Source: an uncultured Bacteroidales bacterium
GTDB lineage: Bacteria; Bacteroidota; Bacteroidia; Bacteroidales; DASQZP01
Length of the DNA: 64,000 nucleotides
NCBI GenBank assembly: GCA_963783315.1
Contig: CAWAMZ010000008.1
Span: 772,023-836,022 of the forward strand
Direction of reading: 5' to 3'
Below the pieces are notes generated by a model, which had not been told where the DNA came from, searched no databases, and saw nothing but the letters and a program-made list of their open reading frames with translations. Positions 20,321-31,060 of this stretch are shown here, piece after piece; positions within the stretch are counted from its first letter, which is position 1, and each line of letters starts with the position of its first letter. A program made the translations under genes and the position numbers.

Positions 20321-23300
20321 CTAGGTCAGATTCAGACTCAATCCCAGCCCTCTGAGCTCATGCAACAGCACGTTCAGTGATTCCGGAATTCCAGGCATCG
20401 GCATAGGCTCACCTTTTACAATGCTTTCATACGCCTTTGCCCGACCTAAGACATCATCAGACTTCACGGTAAGGATTTCCTGAAGAATATGAGAAGCCCC
20501 AAATGCTTCAAGTGCCCATACCTCCATCTCACCAAAACGCTGGCCACCAAACTGTGCTTTACCACCGAGTGGCTGTTGGGTAATGAGTGAGTAAGGTCCG
20601 ATTGACCGCGCATGCATCTTGTCGTCAACCATGTGACCAAGCTTAAGCATATAAATAATACCTACTGTGGCCGGCTGATCAAAGCGGTCACCGGTACCTC
20701 CGTCATACAGATATGTTTTACCATAATTCGGAATTCCGGCTTTTTCAGTATAGGCATCGATATCCTCAATCTTGGCTCCGTCGAAGATGGGTGTAGCAAA
20801 TTTTATACCCAGCTCTTTTCCAGCCCAGCCAAGAACAGTTTCATAGATCTGTCCGAGGTTCATACGGGAAGGTACACCAAGCGGATTCAATACAATATCC
20901 ACCGGAGATCCGTCCTCAAGGAATGGCATGTCTTCGTAGCGGACAATCCGGGCTACAATACCTTTGTTTCCATGTCGTCCTGCCATTTTATCACCCACTT
21001 TCAGCTTACGCTTTTTGGCAACGTATACCTTTGCCATCTGTACAATACCGGCGGGCAATTCATCTCCAATCGTCAGATTATACTTTTTACGCTTATACAC
21101 ACCATCAATTTCCTTATATTTAATAATATAATTATGGAGCAGTTGTTTGATGGTATCATTTTTTGATTTGTCAGTTGTCCATTTATTTGGATTAACATTC
21201 AGGTAATCAATTTCCTGAAGTACTTTCTGACTGAATTTCATCCCTTTTGGAACAATATCCACATTCAGATAATCCTTCACCCCCTGAGATGTTTTTCCAT
21301 TCACCAGGATGAACAACTTATCAGTAAGTCTTCCTTTCAGTTCTTCGAGGCTATTGTTCATTTCCTCTTCAATTTTTGTAAGAACAGTTTTTTCGGAAGG
21401 TTTACCTTTCCGGTCCCGCACAGAACGTGAAAAGAGTTTCTTATTAATTACTACGCCGTAGAGGGATGGAGAAGCTTTCAATGATGCGTCTTTCACATCT
21501 CCGGCTTTATCACCAAAGATAGCACGCAACAGTTTTTCTTCCGGAGAAGGATCTGATTCACCCTTTGGGGTAATTTTACCAATCAGAATATCGCCTGGCT
21601 GAATATTAGCACCAATTCTGATAAGTCCGTTTTCATCAAGATTTTTAGTAGCCTCCTCACTAACATTAGGAATATCAGCGGTAAGCTCCTCGAGCCCGCG
21701 TTTGGTATCCCGCACTTCGAGCAGGTATTCATCAATATGAATGGATGTAAATACATCTTCACGTACTACTCTCTCAGAAATTACGATAGCATCCTCAAAG
21801 TTATATCCTTTCCAGGGCATAAAGGCTACTTTAAGATTTCTTCCAAGTGCCAGTTCACCCATTTCAGTACCATACCCCTGTGTAAGTATCTGTCCCTTCT
21901 CAACTTTTTGTCCTTTCTGCACGATGGGAGAAAGATTCACACAAGTGCTCTGATTTGTTTTCTGGAATTTAGGTATTTTGTATCGTTTTATATCGTCTTC
22001 AAAACTCACAAAACGTTCTTCTTCGGAACGAGCATACCGAACGACAATTTCATTAGCATCTACGTATTCGATTACACCCTCACCTTCGGCTACGATCAGC
22101 AACCGGGAATCTTTAGCGACCACACTTTCGATACCTGTACCCACAATCGGGGCCTCAGGCTGAATAAGCGGAACTGCCTGACGCATCATGTTTGATCCCA
22201 TCAGGGCACGGTTTGCATCATCATGTTCGAGAAAGGGAATAAGCGAAGCAGCGATAGAAGCAATCTGGTTCGGAGCAACGTCCATCAGGTCAACTGATCC
22301 GCCTTCTGCAAGCGGAAAATCACCATCATAACGGGCTTTTACCTTACTACTGCTGAATGTTCCGTCTTCGTTCAGTTTGGCATTTGCCTGAGCAATCACC
22401 TTTGCTTCTTCTTCCTCAGCAGTAAGGAAAACCACACCTTCATGAGCCAGAACAACTTTTCCTTCATTTACACTCCGGTAAGGAGTTTCTATGAATCCGA
22501 GATCGTTAATCTTCGCATATACACAAAGTGAAGAAATAAGGCCAATATTTGGTCCTTCCGGTGTTTCAATCGGACAAAGCCGTCCATAGTGTGTATAGTG
22601 AACATCACGTACCTCAAAACCTGCCCTTTCACGGGAAAGTCCGCCAGGCCCCAGTGCCGACATACGACGCTTGTGGGTCATCTCAGCCAACGGATTCGTC
22701 TGATCCATGAACTGAGAAAGCTGATTGGTTCCGAAGAATGAATTAATTACTGAAGACAAAGTCTTGGAATTGATCAGATCAATTGGTGTAAATACTTCGT
22801 TATCACGCACATTCATCCGTTCACGAATGGTTCTTGCCATACGGGCAAGACCTACTCCAAATTGGTTTGCAAGTTGTTCACCGACTGTTCTAACACGTCT
22901 GTTACTTAAGTGGTCAATATCATCGACATCGGTTTTTGAATTAATCAATTCAATAAGATACCGGATAATTTTGATAATATCTTCCTTGGTAAGAACTTTC
23001 GTATCAATTGCAGTAGTGAGCCCCAGCTTTTTATTGATCCTGTAACGGCCAACTTCTCCTAAATCGTACCGTTTGTCAGAGAAGAACAGTTTGTCGATTA
23101 CATCCCTGGCGGTAGCTTCATCAGGCGGCTCAGAGTTTCTGAGTTGCCTGTAAATATGTAATACCGCTTCTTTTTCCGAGTTACAGGGATCTTTCTGGAG
23201 CGTATTATATATAATAGCAAAATCAGAAAGATTCTGATTTTCTTTATGCAGCAAAATAGTTGGAGAACCTGAATCAACAATCAAATCAATATGTTCAGGT

Positions 23301-24133
23301 TCGAGAAGGGTTTCCCTGTCAATAACTACTTCGTTACGTTCAATGGAAACAACCTCTCCGGTATCTTCATCCACAAAATCTTCCACCCATGTTTTAAGGA
23401 CCCTGGCAGCAAGTTTTCGACCCACTGCTTTTTTAAGGGAAGTTTTGGAAACCTTAAATTCATCAGCAAGATCGAAGATCTCAAGAATGTTCTTATCATT
23501 TTCATATCCGATTGCTCTTAAAAGAGTAGTAACCGGCAATTTTTTCTTACGGTCGATATAGGCATACATAACATTATTAATGTCAGTAGCGAACTCGATC
23601 CATGAGCCTTTAAAAGGTATAATCCTGGCTGAATAAAGCTTTGTACCATTTGCATGCAGGCTCTGTCCAAAGAATACACCCGGAGACCGGTGTAACTGGG
23701 AGACCACTACTCTTTCAGCGCCATTTATCACAAAAGTACCTCTTTCGGTCATGTATGGGACTGTACCCAGGTATACATCCTGGATTACAGTATCAAAATC
23801 TTCGTGTTCCGGATCAGTACAGTATAATTTAAGTTTAGCCTTCAGCGGAATGCTGTAGGTCAGCCCCCTTTCAATACACTCATCAATTGAGTACCGGGGC
23901 GGATCAATAAAGTAATCTATAAATTCCAGCACAAAATTGTTCCTGGTATCGGAGATAGGAAAATTTTCACTAAAGACTTTGTATAATCCTTCGTTTTTTC
24001 TATTTTCAGGAGTCGTTTCCAACTGGAAGAAATCAGCAAAAGACTTGAGCTGGATTTCCAGGAAGTCAGGATAATCAAGTTGATTTCTAGTGGAAGCGAA
24101 ACTGATCCTCTGATTTAAATTATTTGAAGCCAT
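20321..24133 (-). CDS. rpoB: DNA-directed RNA polymerase subunit beta
   Basis: 1270 aa. Contains [12 protein letters not shown] and other RpoB hallmarks. Confidence 0.97.
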   Translation of the reverse strand: MASNNLNQRISFASTRNQLDYPDFLEIQLKSFADFFQLETTPENRKNEGLYKVFSENFPISDTRNNFVLEFIDYFIDPPRYSIDECIERGLTYSIPLKAKLKLYCTDPEHEDFDTVIQDVYLGTVPYMTERGTFVINGAERVVVSQLHRSPGVFFGQSLHANGTKLYSARIIPFKGSWIEFATDINNVMYAYIDRKKKLPVTTLLRAIGYENDKNILEIFDLADEFKVSKTSLKKAVGRKLAARVLKTWVEDFVDEDTGEVVSIERNEVVIDRETLLEPEHIDLIVDSGSPTILLHKENQNLSDFAIIYNTLQKDPCNSEKEAVLHIYRQLRNSEPPDEATARDVIDKLFFSDKRYDLGEVGRYRINKKLGLTTAIDTKVLTKEDIIKIIRYLIELINSKTDVDDIDHLSNRRVRTVGEQLANQFGVGLARMARTIRERMNVRDNEVFTPIDLINSKTLSSVINSFFGTNQLSQFMDQTNPLAEMTHKRRMSALGPGGLSRERAGFEVRDVHYTHYGRLCPIETPEGPNIGLISSLCVYAKINDLGFIETPYRSVNEGKVVLAHEGVVFLTAEEEEAKVIAQANAKLNEDGTFSSSKVKARYDGDFPLAEGGSVDLMDVAPNQIASIAASLIPFLEHDDANRALMGSNMMRQAVPLIQPEAPIVGTGIESVVAKDSRLLIVAEGEGVIEYVDANEIVVRYARSEEERFVSFEDDIKRYKIPKFQKTNQSTCVNLSPIVQKGQKVEKGQILTQGYGTEMGELALGRNLKVAFMPWKGYNFEDAIVISERVVREDVFTSIHIDEYLLEVRDTKRGLEELTADIPNVSEEATKNLDENGLIRIGANIQPGDILIGKITPKGESDPSPEEKLLRAIFGDKAGDVKDASLKASPSLYGVVINKKLFSRSVRDRKGKPSEKTVLTKIEEEMNNSLEELKGRLTDKLFILVNGKTSQGVKDYLNVDIVPKGMKFSQKVLQEIDYLNVNPNKWTTDKSKNDTIKQLLHNYIIKYKEIDGVYKRKKYNLTIGDELPAGIVQMAKVYVAKKRKLKVGDKMAGRHGNKGIVARIVRYEDMPFLEDGSPVDIVLNPLGVPSRMNLGQIYETVLGWAGKELGIKFATPIFDGAKIEDIDAYTEKAGIPNYGKTYLYDGGTGDRFDQPATVGIIYMLKLGHMVDDKMHARSIGPYSLITQQPLGGKAQFGGQRFGEMEVWALEAFGASHILQEILTVKSDDVLGRAKAYESIVKGEPMPMPGIPESLNVLLHELRGLGLSLNLT

Positions 24134-24170
24134 TTAATTTCTAAGATTAATTGAACTTTAGGAATAACAA

Positions 24171-24209
24171 CAAAAAGGCTTAGAGTACCGGAGCACCGGA
24201 CCCTAAACC
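24171..24209 (-). terminator. rplL-rpoB intergenic hairpin plus T tract (attenuator/partial terminator)
   Basis: Minus strand: GGTTTAGGGTCCGGTGCTCCGGTACTCTAAGCC, about a 14-bp stem with one bulge and two GU pairs, followed by TTTTTG. The position is analogous to the known rplL-rpoB attenuator. Confidence 0.55.
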
Positions 24210-24236
24210 TAAAAACCTTATATTATGCAGGCCAGC

Positions 24237-24614
24237 CTATTTAAGTTCAACCTCTGCTCCAGCTTCTTCTAATTGTGCTTTTAATGATTCAGCTTCTTCT
24301 TTTGAAGCACCTTCCTTTACAGGAGCCGGTGCAGAATCTACTAATGCTTTAGCCTCTTTAAGTCCGAGCCCGGTTAATTCCTTAACAAGCTTTACAATCT
24401 GTAATTTGGCACCACCTGGTGCTTTGAGAATAACATCAAATTCAGTTTTTTCCTGTTCGCCAGCACCAGCATCACCGCTGGCAGGACCAGCAGCTACAAC
24501 AGGAGCAGCAGCAGGTTCAATTCCATATTCTTCTTTAAGAATTTCAGCTAATTCATTTACTTCTTTAACAGTTAAATTAACTAACTGTTCTGCAAACGCT
24601 TTTAAATCTGCCAT
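24237..24614 (-). CDS. rplL: 50S ribosomal protein L7/L12
   Basis: 125 aa. Ala/Glu-rich hinge and the C-terminal domain [19 protein letters not shown]. Confidence 0.97.
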   Translation of the reverse strand: MADLKAFAEQLVNLTVKEVNELAEILKEEYGIEPAAAPVVAAGPASGDAGAGEQEKTEFDVILKAPGGAKLQIVKLVKELTGLGLKEAKALVDSAPAPVKEGASKEEAESLKAQLEEAGAEVELK

Positions 24615-24655
24615 TTTCCTTTGTTTTTAAATATTAATTTAGTACTAAATAATTT

Positions 24656-25177
24656 TTACTCTTTTTCTGATAATGTTTTAAGAACACCAGCCAGGGTATA
24701 ACCACCTGACTTGAGAGAAGAAATAACATTCTTCGCTGGTGACTGCAGAATCAGAATAATATCGCCAATAAGTTCTTCTTTAGATTTAATATTGGCCAGA
24801 TTCTGTAACTGGTCATCACCAATGTAGATTGATTCTTCAACAAATGCACCTTTGAGCACGGGTTTATCATGCTTTTTTCTAAACTCCTGAATAAGCTTTG
24901 CAGGCAAATTTCCGGTATCAGAAAACATGATTGAGGTAGAATTTTTCAAAATGCTGTACAGTTCATCAAATTCACCTTCTGATTTTTCCAATGCTATTTT
25001 CAAAAGTGTATTCTTTACCACCATGAGCTTAACCTCTTTCTCAAAACATTTTCTGCGCAGGGTACTGGTATCTTCAGCATTTAATTCAGAGATATCAGCC
25101 AGGTAGAAATGATTCGATTCTTTGATATGTTGGGTCAGCTCTTCTATTATTGCATTTTTGTCTTCACGTCGTTTCAT
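24656..25177 (-). CDS. rplJ: 50S ribosomal protein L10
   Basis: 173 aa, located between rplA and rplL, with an L10-like sequence. Confidence 0.93.
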   Translation of the reverse strand: MKRREDKNAIIEELTQHIKESNHFYLADISELNAEDTSTLRRKCFEKEVKLMVVKNTLLKIALEKSEGEFDELYSILKNSTSIMFSDTGNLPAKLIQEFRKKHDKPVLKGAFVEESIYIGDDQLQNLANIKSKEELIGDIILILQSPAKNVISSLKSGGYTLAGVLKTLSEKE

Positions 25178-25196
25178 AACTTCAAAAGGGATTTAA

Positions 25197-25892
25197 TTAC
25201 TCGTCAAACACTTTGGTATCAATCCTGAGACCCGGGCTCATAGTACTGGAAATATAAATACTTTTGATATATGTGCCCTTAGCAGCAGAGGGTTTAAGTT
25301 TAACGATAGTATTGATAAATTCACGTGCGTTCTCAACAATTTTCTGAGATTCAAAAGACACCTTTCCAATTGAAGTATGCACGATACCGTATTTATCAAC
25401 CTTAAAGTCAATTTTACCCTGTTTAACCTGCTTAACAGCTTCACCAACGTCCATAGTAACCGTTCCGCTTTTAGGATTAGGCATCAATCCGCGAGGTCCG
25501 AGAATACGTCCCAGCTGACCAACTTTGGCCATAACTGAAGGCATCGTGATAATAACATCCACGTCGGTCCATCCCCCTTTGATTTTCTCTACATAATCAT
25601 CTAATCCTACATAATCAGCTCCAGCTGCTTTGGCTTCTTCCTCCTTATCGGGAGTACAAAGCACCAATACTCTGATTTCTTTACCAGTACCATTAGGCAG
25701 GGTAACAACGCCCCTTACCATTTGATTGGCTTTACGTGGATCTACACCTAATCTGACATCAATATCTACAGATTCATCAAATTTAGACCTGGTAATATCC
25801 TTGAGAATATTTGCAGCTTCACTAAGCTTATAAAGTTTCCCGGCTTCTACTTTTTCCAGTGCTACTTTTCTGTTTTTCGTAAGTTTCGCCAT
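25197..25892 (-). CDS. rplA: 50S ribosomal protein L1
   Basis: 231 aa. Contains [11 protein letters not shown]. Confidence 0.96.
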   Translation of the reverse strand: MAKLTKNRKVALEKVEAGKLYKLSEAANILKDITRSKFDESVDIDVRLGVDPRKANQMVRGVVTLPNGTGKEIRVLVLCTPDKEEEAKAAGADYVGLDDYVEKIKGGWTDVDVIITMPSVMAKVGQLGRILGPRGLMPNPKSGTVTMDVGEAVKQVKQGKIDFKVDKYGIVHTSIGKVSFESQKIVENAREFINTIVKLKPSAAKGTYIKSIYISSTMSPGLRIDTKVFDE

Positions 25893-25914
25893 TTTTTCGT
25901 TTTACCTATTTAGA

Positions 25915-26358
25915 TTAATCATTAGCGGGAAAGGTACCTTTAACAGTAATACCCATACTCCGGGCAGTACCGGCAACCATTTTCATCGCTGATTGAACAG
26001 TAAAAGCATTCAGATCGGGCATTTTATCCTGGGCAATGGTTTTCACCTGATCCCAGGTAACAGCAGCAACCTTTTTACGGTTTGATTCTGCAGAACCTGA
26101 TTTGAGCTTGGTAATCTCCAGCAACTGAACTGCAACCGGAGGAGTTTTAACAATAAAATCAAATGACTTATCAGAATAGACAGTAATAACAACGGGAAGC
26201 ACTTTTCCTGCCTGCTCCTGAGTACGTGCATTAAATTGTTTGCAAAACTCCATTATATTCACCCCTTTTGCGCCTAAAGCAGGCCCAACGGGAGGTGATG
26301 GATTAGCTGCTCCGCCTTTAATCTGCAATTTAATTAATCCAGCAACTTCTTTTGCCAT
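25915..26358 (-). CDS. rplK: 50S ribosomal protein L11
   Basis: 147 aa. Contains [20 protein letters not shown]. Confidence 0.96.
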   Translation of the reverse strand: MAKEVAGLIKLQIKGGAANPSPPVGPALGAKGVNIMEFCKQFNARTQEQAGKVLPVVITVYSDKSFDFIVKTPPVAVQLLEITKLKSGSAESNRKKVAAVTWDQVKTIAQDKMPDLNAFTVQSAMKMVAGTARSMGITVKGTFPAND

Positions 26359-26463
26359 AATTTAACAGTTTCTAAAATTAAGATTCACTTTTATAAGGGT
26401 TGCTGATCATACAGGAAGCATTCATATGGTTATATAATCAACAAATTATAAACAATTAAGTTT

Positions 26464-27009
26464 TTATTCTTTTTCAACCTGCATAAAACTCAGTTCAAGT
26501 GGTGTTTTTCTTCCAAATATCTTCACCATTACCTTGAGTTTTTTCTTCTCTTCATTCACTTCTTCTATAACGCCTGAAAAACTATTGAACGGTCCGTCAA
26601 TAACTTTAACAGTTTCGCCTACAAAGAAAGGTATATTAATTTCTTCATCACTTGCAGCCAGTTCATCAACCTTACCAAGAATACGGTTCACTTCTGACAT
26701 GCGCAAAGGAATTGGTTTATCCTCATTTTCACCAAGAAAACCAATTACATTGGTAATATTTTTAAGCATATGAGGAATTTCTCCCACAAGAGCAGCTTCG
26801 ATCAGAATATAACCGGGAAAAAAATTCCTTTCTTTGCTGATTTTTTTTCCGTTCCTTATCTGATATACCTTTTCGGTTGGAATAAGCACCTGAGAAATAT
26901 AATCCTGCAGGTCAAGACGAGAGACTTCATTCTCGATATACTCTTTAACCTTTTTTTCCTTACCACCAACTGCTCGTAAAACATACCATTTTTTTTCGAG
27001 CTCACTCAT
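26464..27009 (-). CDS. nusG: Transcription termination/antitermination factor NusG
   Basis: 181 aa. [15 protein letters not shown]-terminal domain and a KOW region [11 protein letters not shown]. Confidence 0.95.
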   Translation of the reverse strand: MSELEKKWYVLRAVGGKEKKVKEYIENEVSRLDLQDYISQVLIPTEKVYQIRNGKKISKERNFFPGYILIEAALVGEIPHMLKNITNVIGFLGENEDKPIPLRMSEVNRILGKVDELAASDEEINIPFFVGETVKVIDGPFNSFSGVIEEVNEEKKKLKVMVKIFGRKTPLELSFMQVEKE

Positions 27010-27030
27010 AATTTCCCGGAATATTAAACA

Positions 27031-27222
27031 TTAATAAAACATACTGTATATCAGCGACATGAGATTTTCAAAGCTGATATCCATAATAAATATCATAAGG
27101 GCAATAATAAGAGAAGCTACCATTACGACAATTGTACTGTTTTGTAAATCCTTCCAGGAAGGCCAGGTCACTTTGTAAACTAACTCTTTATAAGCTTCCT
27201 GAAAATAGAGTTTTAATTTCAT
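27031..27222 (-). CDS. secE: Preprotein translocase subunit SecE
   Basis: 63 aa. Contains KVTWPSWKDL followed by a single TM helix. Canonical position between tRNA-Trp and nusG. Confidence 0.9.
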   Translation of the reverse strand: MKLKLYFQEAYKELVYKVTWPSWKDLQNSTIVVMVASLIIALMIFIMDISFENLMSLIYSMFY

Positions 27223-27378
27223 CAGATTTATCTTATTTATCTGTTTTCCAGCATTAAAAGAAACAAAAAATAACTGTTTCCAAACTTTTCAAGCCCGCAT
27301 AGAATTATCTTATAAAACTATGTGGGTTTATACGTTTAATGCACCTTATATATATGGTGCATGTAATTTTCATTTTTG

Positions 27379-27451
27379 CACGGGAGGAGCGACTCGAACG
27401 CCCGACACCTGGTTTTGGAGACCAGTGCTCTACCAACTGAGCTACACCCGT
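27379..27451 (-). tRNA. tRNA-Trp (anticodon CCA)
   Basis: Hand-folded 73-nt cloverleaf: ACGGGTG TA GCTC AGTTGGTA GAGC A CTGGT CTCCAAA ACCAG GTGTC GGGCG TTCGAGT CGCTC CTCCCGT G. There is one U-U mismatch in the acceptor stem. Confidence 0.9.
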
Positions 27452-27460
27452 ATGGTGGGA

Positions 27461-27566
27461 TGCTCTACCTCCCGATAGCTATCGGGATGAGCTATCACCC
27501 GTGTGATGAGTGCCTAACTATCCGATAGTTCCCGTAACCTACCGGGCGGGATTGAGCAACACTCGT
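27461..27566 (-). repeat. Two degenerate copies of the tRNA-Trp 5' acceptor/D-arm, each interrupted by a palindromic insert
   Basis: Copy B (27502->27461) is ACGGGTGATAGCTCA[TCCCGATAGCTATCGGGA]GGTAGAGCA. Copy A (27566->27511) is ACGAGTGTTGCTCAA[...35 nt...]TAGGCA. The genuine tRNA 5' end is ACGGGTGTAGCTCA[GTT]GGTAGAGCA. Confidence 0.7.
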
Positions 27567-27582
27567 ATGCCAAATTTCAGAA

Positions 27583-27622
27583 GCACAAAGTCCAGAATAC
27601 TATTTTATTCTGAACTTTGTGC
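27583..27622 (-). terminator. Long hairpin directly after the tuf stop (terminator or processing site)
   Basis: 15-bp stem with one mismatch (gcacaaagtccagaat / attctgaactttgtgc) and an 8-nt loop, starting 12 nt after the tuf stop. The downstream U tract is weak (UUCUGAAAUUUG). Confidence 0.4.
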
Positions 27623-27633
27623 GTATAAAAATA

Positions 27634-28821
27634 TTATTCAACAATTTCAACTACCTGACCGGCACCAACTGTACGTCCACCTTCACGAATAGCGAAACGA
27701 AGACCCTGGTTGATAGCCACAGGATAAATAAGATCAACTGTAATTGTAACATTATCACCAGGCATTACCATTTCTGTTCCTTCAGGAAGGGTAATTTCAC
27801 CAGTTACATCCAGTGTTCTTAAGTAGAACTGCGGTCTGTATTTATTATGGAAAGGAGTGTGACGACCACCTTCTTCTTTCTTCAATACGTAAACTTCAGC
27901 TTTAAATCTGGTATGAGGGGTGATTGAACCGGTTTTGGCAATAACCATACCTCTTTTGATTTCCTTCTTATCAACACCACGAAGTAACAGACCTACGTTG
28001 TCACCAGCTTCACCTGTATCAAGGATTTTACGGAACATTTCAACACCAGTAACAACAGTCTTTTTAGCTTCGGCGCCCAGACCAATAATACTTACTTCAT
28101 CACTGGTATGAACAACACCTGTTTCAATTCTACCGGTAGCAACAGTACCACGACCAGTAATAGAGAAAACATCTTCAACCGGCATCAGGAATGGTTTTTC
28201 AATATCCCTGGGAGGAATTGGAATAAATTCATCAACTGCATCAAGCAGTTCCATAACTTTTTCTTCCCATTTAGGTTCGCCATTAAGAGCACCCAGAGCT
28301 GAACCTCTGATAACCGGAGCATTGTCTCCGTCGAATTCATAGAAGCTCAATAGTTCTCTGATTTCCATTTCAACGAGGTCGAGCATTTCTTCATCTTCGA
28401 CCATATCAACCTTGTTCATGAAAACAACGATTCTGGGAACATTTACCTGACGAGCAAGCAGAATGTGCTCCCTTGTCTGAGGCATAGGACCATCAGTAGC
28501 GGCAACTACGATAATAGCACCGTCCATCTGAGCAGCACCAGTAACCATGTTCTTTACATAGTCGGCGTGACCCGGACAATCAACGTGTGCGTAGTGACGT
28601 TTTTCAGTTTGATACTCAACGTGAGCAGTGTTAATGGTGATCCCTCTTTCCTTTTCTTCAGGAGCGTTATCAATTGAATCAAAATCCTTTATGTCGCAAA
28701 GACCCTTTTTTGCAAGCACCATGGTAATGGCTGCAGTAAGGGTGGTTTTTCCGTGGTCAACGTGACCGATTGTTCCAATATTAACGTGAGGTTTCGACCT
28801 ATCAAATTTTTCTTTAGCCAT
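27634..28821 (-). CDS. tuf: Elongation factor Tu
   Basis: 395 aa. Contains [18 protein letters not shown] and NKVD. Confidence 0.98.
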   Translation of the reverse strand: MAKEKFDRSKPHVNIGTIGHVDHGKTTLTAAITMVLAKKGLCDIKDFDSIDNAPEEKERGITINTAHVEYQTEKRHYAHVDCPGHADYVKNMVTGAAQMDGAIIVVAATDGPMPQTREHILLARQVNVPRIVVFMNKVDMVEDEEMLDLVEMEIRELLSFYEFDGDNAPVIRGSALGALNGEPKWEEKVMELLDAVDEFIPIPPRDIEKPFLMPVEDVFSITGRGTVATGRIETGVVHTSDEVSIIGLGAEAKKTVVTGVEMFRKILDTGEAGDNVGLLLRGVDKKEIKRGMVIAKTGSITPHTRFKAEVYVLKKEEGGRHTPFHNKYRPQFYLRTLDVTGEITLPEGTEMVMPGDNVTITVDLIYPVAINQGLRFAIREGGRTVGAGQVVEIVE

Positions 28822-28904
28822 AACTCAAGTATTAGAGATTTAAGTAATTTATATTAAACAAAACATTTTATGCTACACTGTATCAATCGAATAAGCTACT
28901 TTTG

Positions 28905-28976
<72 letters not shown>

Positions 28977-28983
28977 GGTAAAG

Positions 28984-29056
28984 AGCGGGAGACGAGGCTC
29001 GAACTCGCGACCCTAACCTTGGAAGGGTTATGCTCTACCAACTGAGCTACTCCCGC
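28984..29056 (-). tRNA. tRNA-Gly (anticodon TCC)
   Basis: 73-nt cloverleaf: GCGGGAG TA GCTC AGTTGGTA GAGC A TAACC CTTCCAA GGTTA GGGTC GCGAG TTCGAGC CTCGT CTCCCGC T. Confidence 0.92.
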
Positions 29057-29121
29057 ATTTTATACAATTCCGCAAAAAAGGCATGTACAAAAATACATAC
29101 CTTTGCTTTCGCACTAGTGAG

Positions 29122-29204
29122 TGGGGGGAGCAGGATTCGAACCTACGAAGGCATACGCCAGCAGATTTACAGTCTGCCCCAGTTGGCCGCTTTGGTATCC
29201 CCCC
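29122..29204 (-). tRNA. tRNA-Tyr (anticodon GTA), long variable arm
   Basis: 83 nt: GGGGGGA...GCAGACTGTAAATCTGC, a variable arm, GTAGG TTCGAAT CCTGC TCCCCCC A. Confidence 0.9.
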
Positions 29205-29228
29205 AACTATATCAATAAATTTTAACAG

Positions 29229-29302
29229 AGCCGATGGAGGGATTCGAACCCCCGACCAGCTGATTACAAATCAGCTGCTCTGGCCAACTGAGCTACATCG
29301 GC
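29229..29302 (-). tRNA. tRNA-Thr (anticodon TGT)
   Basis: 74-nt cloverleaf: GCCGATG TA GCTC AGTTGGCCA GAGC A GCTGA TTTGTAA TCAGC TGGTC GGGGG TTCGAAT CCCTC CATCGGC T. Confidence 0.92.
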
Positions 29303-29348
29303 ACTATTTAAGAACTTTGGAAGTAATTTCCGTTTCAAAATTGGTTTG

Positions 29349-29379
29349 CAAATGTATAAATATTTTATTTAAATCAAAA
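29349..29379 (-). promoter_or_regulatory. Bacteroidota-type promoter candidate for the tRNA-tuf cluster
   Basis: Minus strand: TTTTG (-33), 18 nt, TACATTTG (-7, plus 29349-29356). It lies about 45 nt upstream of the tRNA-Thr(TGT) 5' end. Confidence 0.45.
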
Positions 29380-29405
29380 TTATTTATTCATTTTTTTGCT
29401 ACCAA

Positions 29406-29705
29406 TCAGACTCCCTTCAGTTTATCCTTATGCTTATGAATCTGCCTTTTCAACGCATCTGCCGCATTATCAACAGCTTCTTCAAATGACTTGCTTTGTT
29501 TTTTTGCAAAAAGATCGTTTCCGGGAATTTCTAATTTTATTTCTGCAATCTTGTTTTCGAGTTCCTGAGTATTTTCAAGTCGCAGGAAAATTTCAGCCCC
29601 AACAATATCATCGTACAATTGAAAAAGCTTTTTTACTTTGTTGTTGACAAATTCAAGCAACTTCTTGTCCGCGTCAAAATGAACTGAATTAATTTTTATA
29701 TTCAT
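29406..29705 (-). CDS. hpf: Ribosome hibernation promoting factor (short HPF/RaiA family)
   Basis: 99 aa. Contains MNIKINSVHFDADKKLLEFVNNKVKKL...FEEAVDNAADALKRQIHKHKDK. Confidence 0.88.
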   Translation of the reverse strand: MNIKINSVHFDADKKLLEFVNNKVKKLFQLYDDIVGAEIFLRLENTQELENKIAEIKLEIPGNDLFAKKQSKSFEEAVDNAADALKRQIHKHKDKLKGV

Positions 29706-29724
29706 CTCTCAGTACCTCCATACT

Positions 29725-30606
29725 TTATGCCCTGGGATGGGCTTGTTTATATATTTTTTTAAGCTTTTCAAAACTATTATGGGTATACACCTGCGTAGCA
29801 GATAGATTAGCATGACCAAGCAACTCCTTGATTGCATTCAGGTCAGCTCCGTTATTCAGCATATGAGTAGCAAAGCTATGTCGTAAAATATGCGGACTCC
29901 GTTTTTCTACTGTACTAACCAGTCCAACATAATCGCGCACTATACGATAAACAAACCGGGCGTAAATCTGTTTCCCCCTGCCTGTAATAAAAAGACTATC
30001 CGAATCTGCGCCAATTATTTCCCGGAAATCATTCAGGTAGGCTTTAAGTGATGCAGCAACCTCTTTAACCAGTGGAATAATACGTTCTTTGTTTCGTTTA
30101 CCAAGCACGCGTATGGTTGATGATGCCAGGTTAACGTCATGCACTTTCAGATTCACCAGTTCAGATACTCTGATACCTGTACAATACAGAAGATCAATAA
30201 TCAATTGATTTCTTCTGCCGGCATAATCATCACCAAAATTATTTCCTTCAAGCAGAGAAACCATATGTTCCTGCTCAATAAAAACCGGTAGCTTTCTGGA
30301 AATTTTAGGGGAAATGATCTTTCCCATCGGACTGTAATCAACGTATCCCTGCTTTAACAGAAAACGATAAAATGATTTCAATGTCGATAATTTCCTGTTC
30401 ATGCTTCGTGAAGAAACCTTTCCAGCACTTAAATGCGCCATCCACCCACGAATTACACGATAATCTACCGGAGGAAAAAGATCAGACTGCCTGGTAAGGC
30501 AGTATTCTTCAAATTGCTCTAAATCTTTCTGGTAGGCTTTTGTGGTGTGTATTGAATAACGTTTTTCAAATTTAAGATAACTCAGAAAAGCTTCTTTATA
30601 ATCCAT
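29725..30606 (-). CDS. Tyrosine recombinase, XerC/XerD-like
   Basis: 293 aa. N-terminal SAM-like domain, catalytic contexts TGIRVSEL, HILRHSFATHML and LGHANLSATQVYTH. Confidence 0.88.
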   Translation of the reverse strand: MDYKEAFLSYLKFEKRYSIHTTKAYQKDLEQFEEYCLTRQSDLFPPVDYRVIRGWMAHLSAGKVSSRSMNRKLSTLKSFYRFLLKQGYVDYSPMGKIISPKISRKLPVFIEQEHMVSLLEGNNFGDDYAGRRNQLIIDLLYCTGIRVSELVNLKVHDVNLASSTIRVLGKRNKERIIPLVKEVAASLKAYLNDFREIIGADSDSLFITGRGKQIYARFVYRIVRDYVGLVSTVEKRSPHILRHSFATHMLNNGADLNAIKELLGHANLSATQVYTHNSFEKLKKIYKQAHPRA

Positions 30607-30681
30607 ACATAGCCAGAAAATTATTGGAAAAAGAAATAACTCTTACGTCAAATAATACAGCTTCTTTCCGGACAAAAAAGA

Positions 30682-30873
30682 CTATTCCTCTTCCTGCTGC
30701 ATTTTTTGTACATATACAGCATGTAGCTTTTGCTGTCTTTGCTTTACTGAAGGTTTTGTGTATACCTGTCTTTCCCTGAGTTCTTTGATAACTCCGGTCT
30801 TTTCAAATTTCCTTTTGAATTTTTTAAGCGCTCTCTCAATGTGTTCGCCTTCTTTTATAGGAATTACTATCAT
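30682..30873 (-). CDS. rpsU: 30S ribosomal protein S21
   Basis: 63 aa. Contains IERALKKFKRKFEKTGVIKELRERQVYTKPS. Confidence 0.93.
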   Translation of the reverse strand: MIVIPIKEGEHIERALKKFKRKFEKTGVIKELRERQVYTKPSVKQRQQKLHAVYVQKMQQEEE

Positions 30874-30897
30874 ATTTGTTTATTTTTTTGTGAGCCG

Positions 30898-30930
30898 CAA
30901 ATTTATTAAATTGTCATTCAATAATCAAAA
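30898..30930 (-). promoter_or_regulatory. Bacteroidota-type promoter candidate for rpsU
   Basis: Minus strand: TTTTG (-33), 20 nt, TAAATTTG (-7, plus 30898-30905), 25 nt upstream of the ATG. Confidence 0.5.
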
Positions 30931-31060
30931 TATATTGCTAAAAAAGTGAATGCCTGTCCATCAATATTTTTTTAACAATAGTTATTAAAGTTAATAAAAA
31001 TAATCCTGATCCTGAAATGTCTGTAGCTAAAATATGTTAAAAACAATTGTTTACATCACA

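Noticed and set aside
15936-24133. Numerous 60-190 aa track ORFs on the plus strand or in alternative minus frames inside rpoC and rpoB (for example 20612-21166, 21737-22195, 18804-19085).
   Set aside because: They lie entirely within, and mostly antisense to, unmistakable RpoB/RpoC coding sequence. They have low-complexity, stop-poor-by-chance composition and no motifs.
29030-29647. Plus-strand ORFs 29030-29218, 29083-29439 and 29396-29647.
   Set aside because: They run antisense across four well-folded tRNA genes and the hpf gene, so they are artefacts of stop-free tRNA complement sequence.
29725-30606. The XerC/D-like recombinase as the marker of an integrated mobile element next to tRNAs.
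   Set aside because: Both neighbours are core translation genes in tight co-orientation. I could see no direct repeats of a tRNA 3' end and no cargo genes.
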